DNA from: an uncultured Clostridia bacterium
Lineage (GTDB): Bacteria; Bacillota; Clostridia; TANB77; CAG-508
Assembly: GCA_904381285.1 (NCBI GenBank)
Contig: CAJFII010000011.1
Location: forward strand, 275-64,274
Direction of reading: 5' to 3'
Length of the DNA stretch: 64,000 nt
Below are positions 9,956-20,832 of the stretch, one piece after another. Each line of letters opens with the position of its first letter. Position 1 is the first letter of the stretch. Made by a program: the position numbers and the translations under genes. Below the pieces are notes generated by a model. The model was not told the origin of the DNA. It saw only the letters and a program-made list of their open reading frames with translations, and made no database searches.

Positions 9956-10966
9956 ATGCTAGATAAAAGAAAAAAGAAAATATTACAAGCTGTAATTGAT
10001 GAATATATAAATACAGCAGAGCCTGTTAGTTCAGGAACCTTAGTTAAAAAATATGGCTTAGATTATAGTAGTGCTACTGTAAGAAATGAACTTGCAGAAC
10101 TAGAGAATTTCGGTTATTTAGATAAACCACACACATCAGCTGGACGTGTTCCTTCTGAAAAAGGATATAGATTTTATGTGGATGAATTACTAAACGACCA
10201 AGATATTTCAATAGAAGAAATAAAATATATTCAATCAAAACTATCTACTAAAGTAAATGAAATTGAAGAATTAACAAAAATTACTTCATCAACAATATCA
10301 GAAATTACACATTATACTACAGTTGCAATTGGTCCAAAAGCAAATATGCAAATTATAGAAGAGATAAAATTCGTTCTTCTTGGTAGCAGAATGTTAATGG
10401 TAGTAATAGTTACTGATAATGGATTAGTAAAAGAAACAATAATTAAATACGATAAAGATATTACTGCTAGTCAAGTAGAAACATTAAATAATTTATTTAA
10501 TAGCAAACTAAAAGGAAAACCATTAAATAAAATTGATAAACCTATGGAAGAATATATATTATCAGAAATAACCTATAGTGTTGATGTAATAAAACCAATT
10601 ATAGAGCAAATAAATAAGGTAATTGATGAAGAAAATAAAATATACTTAGAAGGTGCTAATAAAGCGTTTGATTTACCAGAATTTAAGAGTCTAGAAATAG
10701 CAAAGAACTTTGTAAATATTCTAGATACAAAAGACTTAGTATTAGATATGCTAAATTCTGGAATTGCAAAAGACATAAATGTATATATTGGAGAAGAAAA
10801 CGATAATGAACAATTAAAAGATTTTAGTGTAGTAACTTTTAAACATTCAGTAGGTGATAAGGATTTAGGCACAATAGGAATTATAGGACCTAAAAGAATG
10901 GATTACTCTAAAGTAATTTCAGTCATGAAATATATTAGTAAAAAAATGAATGAAAAGGATATATAG
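9956..10966 (+). CDS. hrcA: heat-inducible transcription repressor HrcA
   Basis: N-terminal winged HTH (RKKKILQAVIDEYINTAEPVSSGTL), correct length, and position first in the hrcA-grpE-dnaK-dnaJ operon. Confidence 0.9.
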   Translation: MLDKRKKKILQAVIDEYINTAEPVSSGTLVKKYGLDYSSATVRNELAELENFGYLDKPHTSAGRVPSEKGYRFYVDELLNDQDISIEEIKYIQSKLSTKVNEIEELTKITSSTISEITHYTTVAIGPKANMQIIEEIKFVLLGSRMLMVVIVTDNGLVKETIIKYDKDITASQVETLNNLFNSKLKGKPLNKIDKPMEEYILSEITYSVDVIKPIIEQINKVIDEENKIYLEGANKAFDLPEFKSLEIAKNFVNILDTKDLVLDMLNSGIAKDINVYIGEENDNEQLKDFSVVTFKHSVGDKDLGTIGIIGPKRMDYSKVISVMKYISKKMNEKDI

Positions 10967-11023
10967 ATATAAATTAACTAAGTATTTAAAATTAATAATA
11001 TATTATAGAAAGGATGAAATTAA

Positions 11024-11530
11024 ATGGAGGAAAAGAATGAAAAAGACTTAAATGAAAATGTTGAAACCACAGCGGAAAAGACATCTGAAAATGCAGATAT
11101 AGAAGCATTAAAACAAGAACTAGAAGAAACTACAGACAGATATAAAAGATTAATGGCTGAATTTGATAATTACAAAAAAAGAAGTGCAAAAGAAAGAGAA
11201 GGATTATATAATTCTTTAATAGCAGATATTATTACATCACTTTTGCCAACATTAGATAATTTAGAAAAAGCAGCAAATGCAAAAACAGAGGATGAAAACT
11301 ATAAACAAGGCGTTGAACTTGTATTAAAACAATTTACAGATACATTAAGCTCTTTAGGAGTAAAAGAAATAGAAACAGTTGGAACTACATTTAATCCTGA
11401 ACTTCATGAAGCTGTAAGTAGTGTGCAAGATGACGAATTAGGAGAAAAAGAAATAAAAGAAGAATTTAGAAAAGGATATAAAATTGGTGACAAAGTAATA
11501 CGTCATTCTATGGTAGTTGTAGCCAACTAA
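11024..11530 (+). CDS. grpE: nucleotide exchange factor GrpE
   Basis: RLMAEFDNYKKR, LLPTLDNLEKA and FNPELHEA motifs, plus operon position. Confidence 0.9.
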   Translation: MEEKNEKDLNENVETTAEKTSENADIEALKQELEETTDRYKRLMAEFDNYKKRSAKEREGLYNSLIADIITSLLPTLDNLEKAANAKTEDENYKQGVELVLKQFTDTLSSLGVKEIETVGTTFNPELHEAVSSVQDDELGEKEIKEEFRKGYKIGDKVIRHSMVVVAN

Positions 11531-11614
11531 AATTTAATATGTTTTTAACTTTAAAGTTTATATATAATACAAAAGAAATAAAATATAAAATTAATAAAAT
11601 TTATAATTGAATAA

Positions 11615-13501
<1,887 letters not shown>

Positions 13502-13613
13502 TTAAAAAGAAGTTAGAAAATAGAAATTAGAAGTTAGAAAGAAGAATTCTTTAAGGGATTACAAAAATCTAGCTTCTAATCTCTAATATCTAATCTTCCA
13601 ATGGGAGGATAGA

Positions 13614-14765
13614 ATGGCAGAACAAAAAAGAGATTATTATGAAGTCTTAGGTGTAAATAAAGATGCAAGTGATGATGAAATAAAAAAAGCATATAGAAAA
13701 CTTGCAAAAAAATACCATCCAGATGCAAACCCAGATAATAAGAAAGAGGCAGAAGCTAAATTTAAAGAAGTAAATGAAGCATATGAAAATTTATCTGACC
13801 CTCAAAAAAGAAGAATGTATGACCAATTTGGACACAATGGACCACAAGGATTTGGCGGTGGAGGCCAAGGCGGATATTATTCTTATTCTACTTCTGGTTT
13901 TGATGGATTTGACATGGGAGATTTAGGAGACATATTTTCATCTTTCTTTGGAGGAGGATTTGGTGGCAGAACATCTAGCAGGCAAAATAATGGACCAGTA
14001 AAGGGTGCAGATTTAAGATATAATATGGAAATTACATTTGAAGAATCCTTCTTAGGTACTGAAAAAGAAATAACAATCAATAGAGACGATACATGTGATA
14101 CATGTAAAGGAACTGGTGCAAGACCAGGAAGTAAAGTAGAAACTTGTAGCATGTGTGGTGGTAGTGGTCAAATAAAACAAGTACAGACTACAATATTAGG
14201 ACAAATGCAAACAACAAGAACATGTCCTACATGTCATGGAGAAGGAAAAGTAATTAAAGAACCATGTGATACTTGTAGAGGAAAAGGAACAGTAAGAAAA
14301 CAAGCTAGAATTAGAGTAAAAATACCAGCAGGAATTGATGAAAACCAAACTGTAGTATTAAGAGGAGAAGGAGCACCAGGAACTAGAGGTGGACCAAAAG
14401 GCGATTTGTATATAACAGTACATATAAAAAGACACAATGTATTTACAAGACAAGATTATAATGTCTTATGTGATATACCAATTACGTTTACACAAGCAAC
14501 ACTTGGTGCAGAATTAAAAATACCAATGGTAGATGGAAGTACTGTAATGTTTAAAATCCCAGAAGGAACACAAACAGGAACAAGATTTAGAATAAAAGGA
14601 AAAGGATTTAAAGCAGTAAATAGAAATTATGAGGGAGACCTAATATTTACTGTAGAAATACAAACTCCAAAAAGATTATCAAAAGAACAAAGAGAATTGC
14701 TTGTTCAACTTGCAAAAACAATGAATGAGCAACCTCCTGTAAAGAAAAGAGGAATATTTGGATAA
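13614..14765 (+). CDS. dnaJ: molecular chaperone DnaJ
   Basis: J domain ([13 protein letters not shown]), G/F-rich linker, four CxxCxGxG zinc-finger motifs. Confidence 0.97.
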   Translation: MAEQKRDYYEVLGVNKDASDDEIKKAYRKLAKKYHPDANPDNKKEAEAKFKEVNEAYENLSDPQKRRMYDQFGHNGPQGFGGGGQGGYYSYSTSGFDGFDMGDLGDIFSSFFGGGFGGRTSSRQNNGPVKGADLRYNMEITFEESFLGTEKEITINRDDTCDTCKGTGARPGSKVETCSMCGGSGQIKQVQTTILGQMQTTRTCPTCHGEGKVIKEPCDTCRGKGTVRKQARIRVKIPAGIDENQTVVLRGEGAPGTRGGPKGDLYITVHIKRHNVFTRQDYNVLCDIPITFTQATLGAELKIPMVDGSTVMFKIPEGTQTGTRFRIKGKGFKAVNRNYEGDLIFTVEIQTPKRLSKEQRELLVQLAKTMNEQPPVKKRGIFG

Positions 14766-14838
14766 GTCAAAGGCAATGCATAACGCATTGCTTATTGCAT
14801 AAAATAACAAATGAATCAAGTAAACAGAAAAGTTAACA

Positions 14839-14883
14839 CTAGTCACATTTTTAGGATACTCCTAAAAATGTGACTAGTTTTTT
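14839..14883 (+). terminator. strong rho-independent terminator distal to dnaJ
   Basis: 18-bp perfect stem CTAGTCACATTTTTAGGA / TCCTAAAAATGTGACTAG, 3-nt loop, T6 tail. Confidence 0.85.
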
Positions 14884-15940
14884 GTGGTAAATTTATGTAA
14901 AAAAGTGATAATCAAAAAACGGGTAAAATATTGTAAATAAATGTATAAAAATATAGAATGTCAAAAGATAAAAAAAGGAGGAGAACAAAAGAATGAAAAA
15001 GAAAATATGTAAAGAAAAGAAAAAGCAAAAAACAACAAAAAACATGAATTTAACAATTAACAACAAGGGTATAACGTTGATAGCTTTAGTAATAACAATC
15101 ATAGTACTATTAATATTAGCAGGAGTAACAATAAGCCTAACACTAGGAGAAAATGGAATATTTAGAACAGCAGAAATGGCAGGAAGAAACTACACGCAAG
15201 CACAAGAGCAAGAAATAGCAGGGCTAGCAGAATTTCCTGAAAATTATGGAAAAAAAGTAGTAGGCTATAGTTCAAAAAGTGAATCAGGATACACCGGAGA
15301 TTGGAGATTATTTTATCAAGACGCAGAGTATACCTATATAATAATGGATGGAGTAACAGGAAGTTATAAACCAAGCGATTATTATACAACAGTACAAAAA
15401 GAAGATGGAACACTAAAATATCAAACAGGAGCAGATGTTTCTGAAGTGGGACAAAACTTAAGTAGTATGTTAAAAACAAATGGAACATTTTTTGTAGAAG
15501 ATAATGATAATGAAAATATAAGAACAACAGCATGGTTAACAGATACAGAATATTGGGAAGATTATACAGATGAAGAAGGAAATGCACTATTTGCAATAGC
15601 AAGTCCGACAGTAGAGTTATATGTAGCATCATTTAATGCAACAGCACCATCGAATGGAGTAGAAGAGTTTAAACTAGAAGTGTTTTCCTTGGGATATGAT
15701 ACAACGCCAAGTAAATTAAGTATAAGTTATAATAATGGAATATATAACTATAGCGAATCAAGCAATTGGTGGATTTCTTCGCCTAGTAGCGATCTCTATT
15801 CTACAGATGAGCTTTATATAGACGGTCAGTATTCTAGCAACTATATATTATACAATAGCGTTACGGGATATTATTGTGCGGTTCGCCCAATAGTTTGTAT
15901 TCCAACATCTACATTCCAAGAAACATACTCTTTGCAATAA
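14853..15940. repeat. left copy of a ~1.1-kb direct repeat (promoter region + pilin-leader gene)
   Basis: Aligns by hand with 20833-21931 (offset ~5980 nt), mostly ~90% identical. Identity starts inside the 3' arm of the terminator hairpin. Confidence 0.85.
14993..15940 (+). CDS. pilin-leader protein with WWxSP...VRPIVCIP C-terminal module (intact paralogue)
   Basis: AGGAGG RBS. Lys-rich leader, then KG-ITLIALVITIIVLLILAGVTI and GENGIFRTAEMAG. The C-terminal NWWISSP...CAVRPIVCIPTS resembles the DUF1566-like WWxSP / VRP signature. Confidence 0.7.
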   Translation: MKKKICKEKKKQKTTKNMNLTINNKGITLIALVITIIVLLILAGVTISLTLGENGIFRTAEMAGRNYTQAQEQEIAGLAEFPENYGKKVVGYSSKSESGYTGDWRLFYQDAEYTYIIMDGVTGSYKPSDYYTTVQKEDGTLKYQTGADVSEVGQNLSSMLKTNGTFFVEDNDNENIRTTAWLTDTEYWEDYTDEEGNALFAIASPTVELYVASFNATAPSNGVEEFKLEVFSLGYDTTPSKLSISYNNGIYNYSESSNWWISSPSSDLYSTDELYIDGQYSSNYILYNSVTGYYCAVRPIVCIPTSTFQETYSLQ

Positions 15941-16162
15941 GATAAAAATTATGTAAATATGTAAACTATACTAATTTCTATAAGTAAAATTATAGATAAT
16001 TTGTATAGTTTTTTCTTTGCTAAAAATTAGCTTGAATAAATAGCTACAAAAAGATTTTTTCCTACAAACAATTTAGTGAAAATTATAAATTTTCAAATAT
16101 CTAGTTATAGAAAAATATAAAATGATGTATAGAAGAATAAAAACGATAGACGACATAAAAAG

Positions 16163-16191
16163 TTGCGCAGAAAGGAAAATTATGTTATAAT
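16163..16191 (+). promoter_or_regulatory. sigma-A-type promoter of the vWA/AAA+ cassette
   Basis: TTGCGC, 17-nt spacer, then TGtTATAAT (extended -10), ~55 nt upstream of the first ATG. Confidence 0.6.
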
Positions 16192-16246
16192 ATTTGAGGT
16201 TTAATATAAAAATGAAATTATCATAAAATCATAAAAAGGAATTTGT

Positions 16247-17137
16247 ATGAAAAAGAAGAGAGTATTTTATGTTCTAGAAAGTTTTTTGAAATCTAATGAG
16301 AGTAGTAATAATCAACAAACAGAAACATCTATATTTAGTGATAGTTTATCAATAGATAGTGAGAGTACAAGAAAAAATATAGATACAAGTGATGAACTAC
16401 AAATTACTGATGCGCAAAAAAAACGAAGACAAAAATGGATAGATGAATTGCAGGGAAAGAAAAATAAAGATGACAAAAAAATAAAAGAGATTGAACCTAT
16501 AGGGAATTTATATAATAGAAGTGAAGATAAAGAAGTTTCAAACATAACACCTTTTAATATTGATCAAGGTAATTTAAAAGGTAAATTTGATTTTTCTTTT
16601 TCTGTGAGAGGAAAGAAAATATCAATTCAACAATCAGACGATTTAAATGCTAATGAAAGTGATATGCAAACATCTTCACAAGGTCAATCAGGATTACAAC
16701 AAGAGGGCAGAAATAATGGAAGCAATATGCAAGGACAACAAAGAACCGAACAAGATTCAAATAATCCGAGTAATGGAGAGCCACAAAATAATCCTGTTAA
16801 ACAACTATTTAGCGAATTAGATAAGATAAGTGAAAGTATAGACAAAGGACACGGCTTTGCATTAAGTCCATTTAAAATAGAAGATGGACAAGTACCAGAT
16901 AGTATTATAAATATGTTAATAGATAAATTTTTAAATCAAAGGTTTTTACCAACAACCACTGATTTAAACACCAGAAGAAATAGTTTTAACCCAGATTATG
17001 GAGATTTAGAATGGAATATTCCAGATTTGGTAAGGCATAAAGTTACAAAGGATTTAAACAAAATGCTATATGATAAATACGGATTTAATGACGAAGATGG
17101 GAAACGGAGAAGATATACCATTTTCATTCTATTTTGA
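16247..17137 (+). CDS. hypothetical protein with Q/N/S-rich low-complexity centre, possibly the N-terminal part of the following vWA protein
   Basis: No TM or recognisable motif. SSQGQSGLQQEGRNNGSNMQGQQRTEQDSNNPSNGEPQNNP tract. The last ~14 codons (KRRRYTIFILF) look like out-of-frame read-through into the next ORF. Confidence 0.5.
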   Translation: MKKKRVFYVLESFLKSNESSNNQQTETSIFSDSLSIDSESTRKNIDTSDELQITDAQKKRRQKWIDELQGKKNKDDKKIKEIEPIGNLYNRSEDKEVSNITPFNIDQGNLKGKFDFSFSVRGKKISIQQSDDLNANESDMQTSSQGQSGLQQEGRNNGSNMQGQQRTEQDSNNPSNGEPQNNPVKQLFSELDKISESIDKGHGFALSPFKIEDGQVPDSIINMLIDKFLNQRFLPTTTDLNTRRNSFNPDYGDLEWNIPDLVRHKVTKDLNKMLYDKYGFNDEDGKRRRYTIFILF

Positions 17138-17660
17138 TTTATCTGGAAGTATGGAACAATATTCTAGATTACTTTCACTCATAGCTATTAAGTTAATTAG
17201 AAAGGATGTAAAGGTATTATTTGGTTATAATGAGGAAATTTATTACCAAATAGATAGTGTGCCTAAAACTTTTACAGCAAAAGATTTTAAGAGAATAATA
17301 TCAGAAAGTTTATCATATCAGAAAATAATATCTGATGTACGATATAGAAACATCAAGATAAAACAAGTAAATGAAAATATAAATACATATTTAAGAGAGA
17401 AAAAAGCAAAAAAGTTAACTGTATTCTCTGATTTTGACGCAAAAAAAGAAATTGAAGACTTATCAAAAGATTGCGAAATATGGTGGTTTTGCTTTGAACA
17501 AAGAAGTCATTATAGGTCTACATCTATGGAAAATTTTAAAGGACATTTCTATAATACTGCAAAATTAGAAGATTTTATAAAGCATTTAAAAAATGTGAGT
17601 AGTAGAGTATACGAGAAAAAGCAGAGAAATATGAGAAGTGGAGGATTGGAACGTGAATAA
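17070..17660 (+). CDS. von Willebrand factor type A (vWA) domain protein
   Basis: MIDAS DxSxS in IPFSFYFDLSGSM, followed by alternating helix/strand segments and KLTVFSDFD. Overlaps the previous ORF by 68 nt (alternative ATGs at 17088 and 17097). Confidence 0.65.
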   Translation: MINTDLMTKMGNGEDIPFSFYFDLSGSMEQYSRLLSLIAIKLIRKDVKVLFGYNEEIYYQIDSVPKTFTAKDFKRIISESLSYQKIISDVRYRNIKIKQVNENINTYLREKKAKKLTVFSDFDAKKEIEDLSKDCEIWWFCFEQRSHYRSTSMENFKGHFYNTAKLEDFIKHLKNVSSRVYEKKQRNMRSGGLERE

Positions 17661-17967
17661 ACCAACAGGAAATTTAAGAGATTTAATTATATTATGTAAT
17701 AATAATATAAAAGGATTAACTAAAAGGGAAGAAATAAAAAAATATATACCTATTGAATGTGAAAAAATTAGTATAGAAGAAGATAATAACAAATTAGTAT
17801 TTAAACAAGATAATGTAATTATAAAAAATGTGTGGATTGATACAAATTGTTATTCAAATTTAGAAATACTTAAAGTTATTGCACAAATATATAATATAGA
17901 GTTTAAAAGTGAGGAAATTTTAGAACTAATTAAATTTAAAAATAAGATAGTATTAATGTTATTATAA
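17653..17967 (+). CDS. small hypothetical protein (~105 aa), translationally coupled
   Basis: GTG at 17653 lies 8 nt after GGAGG and overlaps the vWA stop (GTGAATAA). The ORF track lists 17638. No motif recognised. Confidence 0.5.
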   Translation: MNKPTGNLRDLIILCNNNIKGLTKREEIKKYIPIECEKISIEEDNNKLVFKQDNVIIKNVWIDTNCYSNLEILKVIAQIYNIEFKSEEILELIKFKNKIVLMLL

Positions 17968-17982
17968 AGGAGAAGAGAATTA

Positions 17983-20070
17983 ATGGATATATCATATCAA
18001 AGTATTAAAGAAAAGATGGAACAATATGGTTACTTTGCAGAAGATGAATTAATTTGGCAAACTTATATTAATATACAAAATCTTATAAATGATGGGCAAG
18101 TTGGACAAGACATTCATGCAATATGTCTAGAAGGACCTCCTGGAGCAGGTAAAACAGAATATGCTAAAATATATAGAAAAGTATTAAAAGATTTTGTACA
18201 AGATGATGTAGAATTAATAGATTATCAATGCGATTCAACAACAGGAAAATCGGATTTATATGAAGAAATAAGAGTTGCTGCAGCCATTGCAGGTAATCCA
18301 GACGAGGTAATAATTGCAGGTAAATTAGTAGAAGCAATAGATTCAGTAAATGCAGGAAAAAAAGTAATATTATTCCTTGATGAATATGATAAGGCTAGAG
18401 AAGAAACAGATGCATTTTTATTAAAATTCTTACAAGAAGGAAGGATTAATACAACCCAAAGAGGTGATGTGGAAATAAAACCAGAGAACATGCAAAATCT
18501 GCAGGTTATATTATGCAAAAACCAAATGAGAGAAGAATTATCTGGACCACTTGAAAGAAGAGTGAAAATATTAAGATTAAAAGAAATGAGACCAGAAGTA
18601 TTCTTTAAAGTTGCTAGTAATCAATTACCTAATGCAGATAAAGATGTAATTAATGCAGTATCTATTTTATATGGTGCTATCTATGATAATAAAGAAGATT
18701 TTGCAAGAATACCTGCTTGTTCAGAAGGATTATTAGCTATAAGAGATGCGTGTACCTTATTAAAAGCAAATGCACCAGAAGAATTTGTATATAGTGCTAT
18801 TATTTCAAACATGCTAAAAAATCCAGATGATATAGAAACTTTTAGAAGCCTACTAGGGCAAGATGAAAGATTGTCAGCATTTTTTAAAGCATCTTGTAAT
18901 TTAAGCAAAATTTCAGACATTTCTGAGGCTGAAATTGCTAGAAGGGAAATATTATCACAATTTTTCTCTGATGATATAAAAAGAGTTTCCGAAGATATTG
19001 AGAGAGCAAATAGACTATTAACTGAATCAGACCACGAAAGAAGCTATCTAGAAAAAAGAATAGATGAACAAAGTGCTACGATTAGTGATAAAGATAAAAC
19101 AATAGAAAAGCAAAGAAGATATATTGAACAATTATTAGCTGAAAGTAAGACTGATAAAAGAGATATATCACTTTTTGAAAGAAGAGATAGTGTAGAAGAT
19201 ATTTCAGATATGCTTAAAGAAGAAACAAGCAGTGGTGATAATAATGGAGTAGAAATGCCTGTATTTATACAAGTTGGAGAAGAGCATAAATTTGTTCAAC
19301 AGGATGAAATAGGAGGCCAAATATTATCTGTACCTGGAACTAAAGATGAAAGGGTACATTTATCAGAAAGTATATTTGACCAAGAATATGATATATTACA
19401 AAAATTTGGTTATATTACTATACAATCTTATAATGGTGGAACAAAATTAGAAGATATGACTGATTGGAACCTAAATCATGTTGGATTAGGATTAAAAGTT
19501 ATGAAGGACAATCCTACTGCTAAACTTTATAGCGATGGAATTATATTATATGATAAAGATGACGTGATAATTGGAGCGACAAGAGTATTTGAAGAAACCG
19601 AAAGAATAGGAGAAACAGGAAGTGAAGAAAAAGGTTCAAGATGTAGATATAAGCTATTTACTAATAGATTAGTTTTACCGATTTATGCATTAGATTCGGT
19701 TGCAGGATTTATGAAACAATGTTATAAACAAGGAAGTACAAATAATTATGGAGGAACATATATTAATTGTATTGTATCAGCAGATAAGCAAAAGGATGTA
19801 AAAGAAGAAGATGATTATGGCAGATATTTCTATTGTACTCCATTAAAGGATAATATTTATCACATTACATATGAAAATTATAGAAATGATTTAGAAGATA
19901 CAGGTATAGAGCTTCAAAAAAGAATAGCAACGAGTGAATATGACGATTATATGAGAGCAGAACTATTAAGAATAGCTAACTCTAGAGAAAGACAAATGCT
20001 TCAAACAGGCCAACTTACTCCAAAATCATCACAATATATAAAGCCATTGGAAAGTCAAGAAGAGAGATAA
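17983..20070 (+). CDS. MoxR-like (AAA_5-type) AAA+ ATPase with coiled coil and an unknown ~300-aa C-terminal region
   Basis: Walker A is LEGPPGAGKTEYA and Walker B is VILFLDEYDKA. LLKFLQEGRI corresponds to the MoxR LLEAMxE helix. PLERRV also present. Heptad-rich ERANRLLTESDHERSYLEKRIDEQSATISDKDKTIEKQRRYIEQLL. RBS is AAGGAG. Confidence 0.75.
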   Translation: MDISYQSIKEKMEQYGYFAEDELIWQTYINIQNLINDGQVGQDIHAICLEGPPGAGKTEYAKIYRKVLKDFVQDDVELIDYQCDSTTGKSDLYEEIRVAAAIAGNPDEVIIAGKLVEAIDSVNAGKKVILFLDEYDKAREETDAFLLKFLQEGRINTTQRGDVEIKPENMQNLQVILCKNQMREELSGPLERRVKILRLKEMRPEVFFKVASNQLPNADKDVINAVSILYGAIYDNKEDFARIPACSEGLLAIRDACTLLKANAPEEFVYSAIISNMLKNPDDIETFRSLLGQDERLSAFFKASCNLSKISDISEAEIARREILSQFFSDDIKRVSEDIERANRLLTESDHERSYLEKRIDEQSATISDKDKTIEKQRRYIEQLLAESKTDKRDISLFERRDSVEDISDMLKEETSSGDNNGVEMPVFIQVGEEHKFVQQDEIGGQILSVPGTKDERVHLSESIFDQEYDILQKFGYITIQSYNGGTKLEDMTDWNLNHVGLGLKVMKDNPTAKLYSDGIILYDKDDVIIGATRVFEETERIGETGSEEKGSRCRYKLFTNRLVLPIYALDSVAGFMKQCYKQGSTNNYGGTYINCIVSADKQKDVKEEDDYGRYFYCTPLKDNIYHITYENYRNDLEDTGIELQKRIATSEYDDYMRAELLRIANSRERQMLQTGQLTPKSSQYIKPLESQEER

Positions 20071-20082
20071 ATAAGTATAAAG

Positions 20083-20112
20083 AACCACCGCCCTTAATTC
20101 AGAGCGGTGGTT
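20083..20112. terminator. GC-rich bidirectional terminator between convergent genes
   Basis: AACCACCGC / GCGGTGGTT stem with a 12-nt loop, between the stops at 20070 (+) and 20134 (-). Confidence 0.65.
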
Positions 20113-20133
20113 AGTTGTGTTTTGAAAAGCTTT

Positions 20134-20748
20134 TTATTCTTCGTGAGGAACAATGGTAGTATTTCCATCACCGATGAAATGACTGCCAATGATATATGCT
20201 CCCATAAAGTTACCGAAGGTAAGCAATGCAGTATCGATTTCTTTTGCCTGTTCTTCATCAAGCGTGCCGTCCATACGAGCTTTTTCGAGAGCATCGAATC
20301 CGGGAAACAGACCAGTTTCATGTTCAAACCATCCACCATTGTTCTCAATATACTCCACTGCAGGACTGATTTTCTTCATAATGTCCTGAAACTGCAAGAA
20401 AAGGAATTTAATATTGAGTTTAATCTCAAACGTTTCTTCCTCGCCTTCAATAGGGTTAATAGAGATAGGTTTCTGGTTTTCCAGAACTGTTTCAATTACT
20501 TTCTCGATTTCTTCGCAACATTTTTCCCGTCCATCGTTGCTTTGAAATGTGATTGGCGTCAAGAGTATTGAACCATCCATGCCGAAAGCAGGATTGTGCC
20601 AAATCTTGCCACCATTCTTCATTACAGTTTGAATTACAAACAGAAGAAGCCGTTCTCCACAACTAGGTGGAATAGTGATATCGGTGACGATAGTGCCATC
20701 ACTGAATCCGCCTCCGATAGTCTGATGATGTTTACAGTAGTTGCTCAT
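20134..20748 (-). CDS. hypothetical protein (204 aa), compositionally foreign
   Basis: The ATG at 20748 follows AAGGAGG. The ORF track's longer form starts at an upstream TTG. Clearly higher G+C and many G/C-ending codons compared with all neighbours. No motif recognised. Confidence 0.6.
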   Translation of the reverse strand: MSNYCKHHQTIGGGFSDGTIVTDITIPPSCGERLLLFVIQTVMKNGGKIWHNPAFGMDGSILLTPITFQSNDGREKCCEEIEKVIETVLENQKPISINPIEGEEETFEIKLNIKFLFLQFQDIMKKISPAVEYIENNGGWFEHETGLFPGFDALEKARMDGTLDEEQAKEIDTALLTFGNFMGAYIIGSHFIGDGNTTIVPHEE

Positions 20749-20797
20749 ATGCAAATTCCTCCTTTTATCTTGGACAATGCCAATAATTACAATATGT

Positions 20798-20826
20798 ATT
20801 ATAGCATTAAATTGAAGCAATTGCAA
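20798..20826 (-). promoter_or_regulatory. near-consensus promoter for the foreign gene
   Basis: Minus strand reads TTGCAA, 17-nt spacer, then TGcTATAAT. Confidence 0.6.
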
Positions 20827-20832
20827 ACATTA

